A stretch of DNA of 64,000 bases from Negaprion brevirostris (taxonomy: Eukaryota). Below the pieces are notes generated by a model, which did not search any database, was not told the origin of the DNA, and worked only from the letters and a program-made list of their open reading frames with translations. Location of the stretch: NCBI GenBank assembly GCA_030324005.1, contig JARDVH010000137.1:19158863-19222862 (forward strand), in the 5' to 3' direction. Of this stretch, positions 51,416 to 61,640 are shown piece by piece. Both the position numbers and the translations under genes were made by a program. Each line of letters starts with the position of its first letter. Within the stretch, counting starts at the first letter, position 1.

Positions 51416-52803
51416 TCCCCATGCAAATTAGCAGATATAATCTAGTGTAATATTATGTATGTTACTGGAAGTCAATAATGAGTTACAAGATCAATATATA
51501 CTCAAATAGTTCTGAAAACATCAGCAAACTTTAACAGAAATTTGGGTTGGAATTACTTCTTCAACATCACAACCAACTATTTGTTAGTAAACACAATTTT
51601 ATAATTCATATTAAATTTAATATCAAATGAGAGGTTCAGTTGTCCCAAGTCCTGATGACAGAACCTGAAGGCAACTGAGATTATGTACAGATACTAAACC
51701 AGTACAAAGTTTATCCTACCTCCACACACATCAGATTACCAGTAATTAAATAATTAAAGTCATTTTAAAACTTTAACACAGTCTCAGGGCTTCAATGACA
51801 CTGGGAAGTGTACCAATAAAACTTAAATACTGCAATCGTTACATAATCAGAGCCTAAAGGTTAAGTTACTAGCTGTTAATACACTTTAACTCATACAACT
51901 TCACATTTAGTTGCAAGTGTAAGTTATCTCATTTGATGTTCTTGGGCGATTGTACCACCTGGGTTTGTTGTCATGAAAATTCTCCTGTTAAAAAAATACA
52001 TATTCTTTTAAAAGGTGTTGCGATTGCGATTCCTTTCAGCGGTACTTGTGACCATCTGAGAAAATGATCTGATAATGAAAGAAAATAAGAGGCAGATTTG
52101 TGTGATTGTGTGTCAGTTTCATTTGTTGCAATGTGATGACTAGTTTTTTTAACTATTAATCAAAAGATTCTTCTTAAACTGACAAAGTAAAGGCTCATAA
52201 TAGAGTAGTGTCCAAGGAGTGTAACAAATAAGAAAGAATGCAAGATATGTCCAGCATAATTTTTATTCCACCTGACCCTAGCAGTCACCAAATGTGTAGC
52301 TCAGTGGGAAACTCTAGGTTTGATCACCAATCTGTGCTGATTTGATAATCTCAACCTTGCCAGCACAACAATTGCTGTAAAAAAGTACTCCAGGGTTAGG
52401 GAATGAGAAATTAGTCAGAGTTTCTGTTCCAGGTTGTTATCTTGGAATTCCTGTCCAGGTTGCGAGCTTATGAATATTGAATGATGAAGACATCAGGTTT
52501 TGTCCCATTCTCAGAAAGATGGCCATCNNNNNNNNNNACGTCAAGATTTACATCTGAATATTAGTCAGCAGATGAGGTTCTGGAGGGTGACTGGTCTGAA
52601 AGGTGACATTGCCCCTCCATTATTCCTGAGCCTTTTCCATGCCCTATGTCTCCTCCAGCACCTTCCTACCACTAATTAACTAAGGACGATGCCACAAAAT
52701 ATCCATCGGTATTATATGATCATATGTTTTCTTGACTTTGCTACAAAAATGAACTTAATGATCTAATAAGATCTATATATAAAATTGTGATTTCTTACAA
52801 TAC

Positions 52804-52873
52804 TCACAGTAATTTCATCACAGTGTGAAAGTAAGCCTACTTGTGACTAATAAATAATTTTAACTTTTACTTT
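52804..52873 (+). mobile_element. SINE 3' tail fragment
   Basis: gtaagcctacttgtgactaataaataattttaactttt. Confidence 0.7.
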
Positions 52874-52898
52874 AGACTGGTATCATCTGCAATATTCA

Positions 52899-53203
52899 TC
52901 GTAGAATCCCTAAGTGCAGAAGGAGGACATCTGGCCCATTGTGTCTGCACCAACCACAATCCGGGGCCCTATCCCCATAACCCCAAGTATTTGTCCTGCT
53001 AATCCCCCTGGCACTTAAAGCTGATCATGGCCAATCCACCTAACCTGCATATCTTTGGAGTGTGGGAGGAAACCGCAGCACTCAGAGGACACCCACACAG
53101 ACATGGAGAGAGCATAGAACTCCACACAGTCACCTGAAGCCAGAATTGAACCCAGGTCCCTGGTGCTGTGACGCAGCAATGCTAACCACTGCGCCAGCCT
53201 GCC
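52899..53203 (-). mobile_element. HE1 (V-SINE) with CR1/HER1 tail
   Basis: tRNA-like head, V domain (ccaatccacctaacctgcatatctttggagtgtgggaggaaacc), tail agaatccctaagtgcagaaggagg. Confidence 0.85.
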
Positions 53204-53219
53204 ATCCTGTAGGTTCCAG

Positions 53220-53348
53220 GTCAGGTGATGAAGGCCATTGACTTGGAACCTTACCTCTGTTTTTCTCTCTCTACAGATGCTGTCAGCCCTGTTGAGCACC
53301 TGTTTTTATTTCAGATTTCCAGGTTCTGCTGTATGTTGCTTTATTTTG
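53220..53348 (+). mobile_element. Penelope-derived element arm, decayed hammerhead core
   Basis: gtgatgaaggccattgacttggaac...ctctctctacagatgctgtcagccctgttgag...tttcagatttccag. Confidence 0.6.
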
Positions 53349-54906
53349 CTCCTCCTCGCATACTTTTCTTTTTGGTCTTTATCGTTCGTTGACAGTTGAA
53401 CTTAGCAGGTACCACATGAAAATACTACTCCACGTCATTTTATCAGCCTAATCACTTCAGTTCATTGTGTGAGAATGGAAATAGCTGAACCGCTAAGCTG
53501 ATGCCACCTCCTTATTAGTTTCTGCTGTTCGCATCTGATGTCATCTGAGCAAGATATTCACTCGAGAATGAAAAAAAGGCATAAAGTGTAATTATTCTGA
53601 TACAAAAACTCTTTATATCAGCTTCCGCATGAGAAAATCTAACAAATGTTCGAGCAACTGAGACATCCAACAAACGTCGAGCATTCAACCCAAGCTACCC
53701 GAACATTAATGGTACCATTAATCCCTAACATAAGGCAAGTAAGCACGTACCCCTTTTGAAATATTTTTAAAAATGAGCTATTTTATGTTTACAATTTCCA
53801 CCTGGGGCTCAGTGTGAAATGCAACTTGAACAGCTTGTTGGCTGTCGGGACTTCATTGACTTCGTTGAATCTTGGATTGTGTGGTCAGTGTTATTCAAGG
53901 TCCAATTTTCCTATCACGTGCCCCGCCCCGCCCCCTTGTCATTTAATCATGCAGAAGTGAAAAAAAGGTTTGTTGAAAAGTGAACTGTGTGTGATTTTAG
54001 CAAAACACTTACCCGCGCCACATAGTGCAAATAATTAGCAAAGTACCTGTGGCCCCCAAATGAACAACCGACCAATTTTACACCGGGTAGAATGGGTAGA
54101 ATAGCGTCTGGGATTTAACGCTTTGTAGCATTGAAGTTTTTATTTCCAAAAAAGATGCGTTCAATCTTTGGACCCCCTTTTCCCCATTTTTCATTACATT
54201 TGGTGGGTTTACGAATGTTCATGGTGATGAGTACTGGTGTCACAGAGTAGGTACATCTCATGATTTTCAGACTAATATTTGGACTCAACTTGTACCCTTG
54301 CCCCTCGAAGGATCCTTCATTCTTCCGTGTATGTTGCAATATATGCGAGAAGAACTGTTCACATGCAAATTATGGATAAAAAAATCCTGTAATTGTTTGT
54401 TAGCATACATCATGCTTTAACCTTGGTTAAAAAGAACTGATTAATGGTATCAAGTCTGATGAATAATCTGAACCCATTCTACTTCTGGTGCAGGGTTGAG
54501 GATGATCCAAAGGACTGCTGTTTACATGGAAAAGGAGTTTGGAAACAAATGGGCGAACGTCAAAGGCTGGAGGCCATTGATATTTAGTATGTCAGCCTCT
54601 CGTTCCTGTNNNNNNNNNNNNNNNNNNNNNNNNNNNNNNNNNNNNNNNNNNNNNNNNNNNNNNNNNNNNNNNNNNNNNNNNNNNNNNNNNNNNNNNNNNN
54701 NNNNNNNNNNNNNNNNNNNNNNNNNNNNNNNNNNNNNNNNNNNNNNNNNNNNNNNNNNNNNNNNNNNNNNNNNNNNNNNNNNNNNNNNNNNNNNNNNNNN
54801 NNNNNNNNNNNNNNNNNNNNNNNNNNNNNNNNNNNNNNNNNNNNNNNNNNNNNNNNNNNNNNNNNNNNNNNNNNNNNNNNNNNNNNNNNNNNNNNNNNNN
54901 NNNNNN

Positions 54907-55001
54907 CCCACATACACAAAACCACCCCTACCCCAAACACACACTCACCAACAGAACCACCCTGCCCCAAACACACACTCACTAACAGAATCACCGTGCA
55001 C

Positions 55002-55032
<31 letters not shown>

Positions 55033-55203
55033 CCCCCCCCTCCTTGTTCCAAACACCCACTAACACATACAACCACCCTGCCCCACACTCGCACACACAT
55101 CCTACCCTGCCTCAAACACACACACTCACACACATACACAACACCCACTCCCTGCCGCAAACACCCCCACACACACAGGATCAGCCTGCCCCAAACACCC
55201 ACA
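54907..55203. repeat. CA-rich low-complexity or minisatellite region (unit about caccctgccccaaacacacac) with (CA)n
   Basis: Direct reading; next to a 297-N gap. Confidence 0.85.
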
Positions 55204-55939
55204 ATGTACCAGTGGGCTGGGGATACAGCCGGGGTTGTGTGACACTGTGCTATGTGTGGGTGAGGCTGGGGAGCTCTATATCGGGGCGGGGCGGGGCGGA
55301 ATTCTACTTTCCACCGACAGTGGCCCCAGAAAGAGCCCGATATGCTCCCGGCGGTGGTGCCGGAGCCCGGGCTGTGATCTGACGCAAATGGAAAATGTCT
55401 TCAGAGCTTAAAGAGGAATAATGTGCGTCAATGTCTGGTCTCATGCGAGCAGCACGGGCCACACCGAGCATAAGTAAGCCATTATTATAGATGGGTGCGC
55501 CGTCTGATGTTGAGTCAGAACTTGCTGCTGAATTTGAACACTCTGAAATGAACGTTGTAAATAAAATCATGGCAACAATAGCATGTATTGATAAAAAAAA
55601 GAGCACATGGGGGTGTAGAATGAGTGAGACACTATTTTCGGATATCAAACGTGAATAATTCCAAAAGAAAGAGAGAGAGAACTGTTGAAACCAAATATTC
55701 TAGGATGTTGTGGAGTGAAATTTGAAATTCAGAATAGGTATGTTCTCTCTGTCTGCTTTAATTTGGCTAAAGGTTTAATTCGAAACGACAGGGAGAGGGT
55801 TTAAACTCGGCGAGGTGAACGAAATTTGCCTATGTCAGCGAGTGCACGGACCGGGCCAAGTCTGCTTTGACCTATGTGGACATACGGTATGGTGGGTGTG
55901 TAAATTGGGAATTGGTGTTTCAGAGACCTCCCCCCCCCC

Positions 55940-56056
55940 TTCCCCGCCCCTCAGTGCTAAGCCGCTAACTCTCTGCCGGAGATCAGAGAGATTGGCATCT
56001 GTACGCGGCTGACTGTTACTATAAATACACCACATTACAGCAACTGCGTCAGTCAA
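55940..56056 (+). promoter_or_regulatory. Candidate Pol II core promoter (GC box, CCAAT, TATA, Inr)
   Basis: ccccgcccc 55942-55950, ATTGG 55991-55995, TATAAAT 56020-56026, TCAGTC 56049-56054 (A at 56051 lies 31 nt after the first T of TATA). Confidence 0.45.
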
Positions 56057-56259
56057 TGCTGTGCACGAACAGCCAATAACACATTTCCACGNNNNNNNNN
56101 NNNNNNNNNNNNNNNNNNNNNNNNNNNNNNNNNNNNNNNNNNNNNNNNNNNNNNNNNNNNNNNNNNNNNNNNNNNNNNNNNNNNNNNNNNNNNNNNNNNN
56201 NNNNNNNNNNNNNNNNNNNAAACACTTTCTTCATAACGAGATCAAAGAGAATGAAGCTT

Positions 56260-56382
56260 AAAGACAACAACGCTGGAAAATCTCAACAGGTCTGGCAGCA
56301 TCTGTAAGGAGAGAAGAGAGCTGACGTTTCAAGTCCAGGTGACCCTTTGTCAAAGCTAAAAGGCATAGAAAGTGGGAGATAG
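56260..56382 (-). mobile_element. Penelope-derived element arm carrying a minimal hammerhead motif (56319-56357)
   Basis: Minus strand reads AGCU UUGACAA A GGGUC ACCUG GACUU GAAAC GUC AGCU. Confidence 0.75.
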
Positions 56383-58127
56383 AGAATGAAGCTTTATTCC
56401 TGCCGCCATCTGATCTGACAGAAGCCGGGTGCAACTGTCCTTTCCCCAGAACCAAACTGTTGCTCCTGAGATTTCTGTTCACTGCCACCTCGGGGGGGGG
56501 GGGGGGGGNNNNNNNNNNCACTGAAACCTCACCCCCCCCCACCCCCATCCCATTCTCTCTTTTCCAATAAACCGATCAGGGAAATCCAGCCTCCACCCTC
56601 TGTATCCCTGAAGCTGCCTTCAAGGAAGAGGCTTCGTTAAAACAGCTCACTCCAATGTTACATGGAGTAATCTGGGGTTGGCTGCTGGAGATAATGAACT
56701 ACATTAAAGAATCCGGATCTGGGATGCAACAATGGAAGTGTTGTCCCGAGATTAATCTTTGAGAAGTCAGACCTAAAATCGGCCGATTTATTTGAAGAAT
56801 GTTACATTTGCATCCACGTGGGTTATCGTCAGATATCACAGCGGCTCCCAACCCAACATCTTGTGAACTGAGGTCTGGCGACGCAGCTGCAACCATACAG
56901 CTGCTCATGTGCGCTGAGAAAGTCTATTCTCGGCGTGTTTCACTCTGACTGGTATCCATAGGGGCTTGCAGGGGGGACGGGGCGAAGTTTGAGTTCAGTG
57001 CAATGTTACCGAGATGTCGCCTTGAACTGCAAATCCAACATGAGGTGTGTATTGTGTTGGGTATTTGCATTGGACCCAGTGAGGGATGGACAAGATGCTA
57101 TTTGCTCCGGTGAGAATGCTGGTTCGACAGTCTGCCTGGTTCAATGCTGGTTGAACCTTCTCCTCGAAGCTGTAATTCAGAGACCTGAGATTCCCTTTTA
57201 ATCCATTCTCAAAGATAAGAAACTGGATTCACTTTAGAAACCCAAATGCACCTGTAAATCCGTTCCCAATGTCCATAAGGTTAAGCCATGATGTGGAGAT
57301 GCAGGCGTTGGACTGGGTGGGCACAGTAAGAAGTCTCTGGTGTTGTGAGACTTCTTAACATAAGGTTACGTTATAGGTCAATAATTCTAAGTCTATTGAC
57401 AGGATTACAACACTTGAGAAATATAACTGCATTTCCATCGATCAACCTAGGAACTGTCCCCAATTGATCGTTGTTGGAGAGAATAGCTACAGTTTCACAA
57501 ACAGACTGTAAAATAGCCGTATTCCCAAAGGGACAACTGCAATAAGGGTTGGGACTACCTTTAGGGTTCTGAATTAGCCACATCGGTTTAGGTTTTCGAA
57601 TAATACTTCATAAAAGATACCGTCAGATCAAAGGGGACAGAAAGAAACTTAAATGAGGATGTGAAATGGAGGCACCAGTTGCTGTGCAGATGGTGTTGGG
57701 GAGGTCCCAAGAACTGCGGCGTTTCCGGTTTAACTCACGATGCAAGGAGATTTTAACCGAAAGTGCACGCAGGCTGGAGTCAGTGCCTGGGCTGCCTCGG
57801 AGTGTGCTGGGGTGCGGGGAGGGGGACACTGTCACATTCTAAACCAGCAGGGACTTGCAGTTTTGCAAACGATCCTTTGTTAGTATCTCCACATTTAGAA
57901 CAAAAATGTTGAGGTTTGTGCAGAATGCAAATAAGCATTAAGCCCTGCTCGGTCAACAGCCCAGCTGAGGAGCTTGGAAATGTTTCTCAGTGATAGAGAA
58001 TCCGTGACACTAGACCAAAATGGCGGATATTGAAAGTTAAATATAATCAAATCCTTCGGTGCTGACATTAGACACAACTGGTGTCCCGATGCTTAGGTCA
58101 AGATTTGACATACATTGAACTTGTTCT

Positions 58128-58420
58128 GTTTTTTAACTCACTGGTGGGATGTGAGAATCGCTGGTAAGACCAGCATTTATTGCCCATCCCTAATTGCCCT
58201 TCAGAAGGTGGTGGTGAGCTGCCTTCTTGAACCGCTGCAATCCATGTGGTGTACATAGACTCACAGTGCCATTGACCCACCCACCATGAAGAAATGGCGA
58301 TATATTTCCTGTCGTGCGCCTTGAAGGAGAATTTGCAGGTGGTGGCGTTCTTGCTGCCCTTGACGTTCCAAGTGGGAGAGCTCAGGGTTTGGGAGGTCTT
58401 GTGGAGGAAGCTTTGTCAAG
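58128..58420 (-). mobile_element. CR1-type LINE 3' end
   Basis: Same text as 6693-7000 (cagcatttattgcccatccctaattgcccttcagaaggtggtggtgagctgccttcttgaac). Confidence 0.8.
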
Positions 58421-59934
58421 AAGACTCCTTGTGTACAAGTGAATTTGAGCAAGCTCGCCTCCTTCTGCAGATGTTAATATAAATAAAGTGTCTCCCTTAA
58501 CATCAGAGTCTTAATACTGGAAAGGACAGGCAGTAGAAGATTGAAATTCACTGCACAAGAAACTCAGCTCTCCCCATGTTCACGTCAAAATGTTTTTAAA
58601 AAGTAATTGTCAGACAATACTGCCAATTATAGCCCAGATTTCACGGAGAAAATCGTGTCTGCGCCCAGGCACATTTTAAGAATCGCGTCTATCGCTAATC
58701 TTTTAATTAAAACAAATGCATCCAGAAGCCATTTGTTGAAGAAAATTAGCATACTACCTCTGCTTAATTGCCCAGTGTGTTGTGCATCATGTATTATTTT
58801 TACGATCAGAACTGGACACGTATTGATTAGTAATCAATATCTTTTAAATCCTAATCATGGACTTTATTCCCCATGATGTGCCAGTGATGCACATTGCATG
58901 GTAAATGCGAATGATCCTTTTTTTCCCTCTGATTTACACTTTTCATTTTTATTGTGCCACTAGGGCCCTTTAGCTATTTAATAATGTTGACAAATGTCAA
59001 GTATACATATTTTCAACCACCGTATTAATCAAGCGTACAGATGATGATTTACAATGAGCGCGTCGAGAGAACAAGGGGAAAAAAGACTCAGATATCAACA
59101 ACTGTCTGCCAGGAAATGATTGTTGATTGCAAATGGAGAAGAGTTTCGTTGTTAAGGTCAAACCGCTCAACCACAGCGAGGGGCAGGTGGCTCGCTGTTT
59201 GATCTGTGTTAGTAAAATTAACGTGAACTCTGAGGACTGGGGTCGAAAATGAAGGAAACTGCTGATCAAGGTGGCACGCGGTCTGAAAGGGCAGAAGGCT
59301 GAATTTGAGGGTTAAGGTCTATAACCTTCAGCATTTACAGAAGAATTTGCTACACTATTGATTAGTTGCAAAATGGCCATGAACTAAGCAACAGACATGG
59401 CTATTGGTAGGTTGCTATAGCACCTATCTCCCATTGATTTATTGAAAACCTCTGTTTTGTCGATTTCAATGCTAATAACACGACTGCAGTTGACTTGAAC
59501 AAAAGAATACCCCCTCGCAAACTAAATGCATGAGAATCGGTATTTCCAATCACCTTGGCAAACTATATTGTTAGGCAATTGAACGATGGACTTCTGAGCA
59601 AAACCGATTCCTGCGGCAAAGGCGTTCACCATGAAGTCCTGTTTCATTTATTCGGTGGAGATCGCAACACTTCGTCAGCTTGTGATTTTCCTTGTAGTCC
59701 TACCTGCAGTAGGATGGTTGCATAGCTGACCCCAGGGAGGACAGTTTTGACCGGTGCTCTACCGAGAACTCAGCTGAAGATTAGTCACTCAAATCACAAA
59801 ATAAACTCAAGTCATTTGGATTAAAAGTCAGCAGTTGTCCCCGAGTGTTCTTAGCCACTGCGATACTACGCCCTTCCCGCCCCCTCAAATCTCTTTTGCA
59901 GGTGTCGGGTGGATGAATATCGGTGTACGGTCAA

Positions 59935-60088
59935 AAAGTCCGAAAAACGTGCTACTTAGGTGCATTGTCTATGCTAAATTCTCCCTTAGTGTACCCCGAC
60001 AGGCGCCGGAGTGTGGCGACTAGGGTATTTTCGCAATAGCTTCATTGCAGTGTTAATGTAAGCCTACTTGTGACACTAATTTCAAAAA
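59935..60088 (+). mobile_element. V-SINE/HE1-like SINE, 3' part
   Basis: caggcgccggagtgtggcgactaggg...gtaagcctacttgtgacactaa. Confidence 0.8.
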
Positions 60089-61600
60089 AAGGTTAAAGGA
60101 GTCAACAATGCATCAAACTTAATTGCCAAGAATCGGTTTCGAAGTTCTTCCAAAACCAGACAACAATAGAACCCATATGCACCCCCAAGAATTCTAACAC
60201 ATGCAACCATTAGCATGCAATCAAAAGATCATCGTTGGAACTTTAATGCATTTGGTGTCCAAAGCTGTTAAAAGTAGTGGAGGGATTATCACCAATTACA
60301 TCTGGATGCAACCATTACACTAGTTGCTCACCCCTTTATCGCGCATTCACTCAGGACAGGCAAAGAAAATGGGCTGGTTTACGAAAAGGCAAAGATTTCA
60401 TTCGGACAGTGGATCACTATAGCCACAGTGACCTCCTCTTACCAGATCTAGCTCGCACACCTTATAGAACTGAAAGGGTCTCGTACAGTATGTTGTTGGG
60501 TTGATGGTCTTTTGCTCGAATGAAATATGAATATTAGCGCTCTTGTTAGACTTGTGTCGCACACAGAACCTGGAACGAAAGTATTGTCCAGTCCTTTATG
60601 CGAAAACATTGGAATTTAGCTGGCTGGATAAATCGGAGAGTGGCAGTTCAACTGAGCGGGGGGGTGGGGGGGGGGCGAATACTGTATCTGTTGCAACTAA
60701 AAGCCGCATTACGNNNNNNNNNNNNNNNNNNNNNGCTTTGCCTTTTCTGAATTTATCAGGTTACCTCCTTGACAAGCTCTAGGTCCAATTTGCATATGCT
60801 AACGTACAAGACATGTACAACACATACCGCTAATGATCAAATGAAATACAAGTGCTCAGAAAATGGCGGTTTCTATCTTGGCTGTTTTGCTGTCTTCTCT
60901 GTTAGTTGCCTAATGGAGGAGCTGTCTGGAGTGGTGGTGAAAAAATAAGATGTCGAGAGATCACATTTTGATCTGGACACTGATGTACTTGAGACTGTGT
61001 ATGACAGAGTTGCTCAAACATATAAAATGCGTCAAAATGAAAGATTCACTCGAGATTTCACGTGTCTCGTTTACTTGATTTTAAATGGGATAAATGCTGA
61101 TTTGTCCCATTGTGGATATAAGGGCTGTTCTGTGGATCTGGAAAGATCTTGAAATTAACCCCTTACGACTCGCTTTCCATAAACTTTCTTGTTAATAAAA
61201 GGTCGAATGAATCGAGCAATTGGAACAGCACATTCGGTCTCGTGTTTCTAGCCATCTTGAAAAGCTGCATGCATCATCAGAACAGGTAACATGACCCATA
61301 TTTGTCGGATGGTGACACACTGATTGCTCAGGTCAGCAATTGCTACTGGAACCTTATTTTTAACAGGAATTCTTCGAAGCCGAATAGCTTATTAAATAGT
61401 TCGCAGAAAACTGCTGTAGATTGGTGGTCCTGTGTAATGTCGGATTCAGGACTCTCCGTTATAAACTGGGTATGAAAAACATTGGTTAAATAATAGGTTT
61501 AAGAACGTATTGACCACAAAAACATACATTCCAAAGATTATCAGATGTTTTCGGTCAATAAGTTCTTTCTGACGTGTTTTCAAATCAGCTTGAACAAACG

Positions 61601-61640
61601 TTGGATTCTAATATTTGGTGTTGGATTCTAATATTTGGTG
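61601..61640. repeat. Perfect 20-bp tandem duplication
   Basis: ttggattctaatatttggtg x2. Confidence 0.95.

Noticed and set aside
54496-55382. Long ORFs rich in H/T/P or V/C
   Set aside because: Artefacts of N gaps and CA-rich low-complexity DNA.
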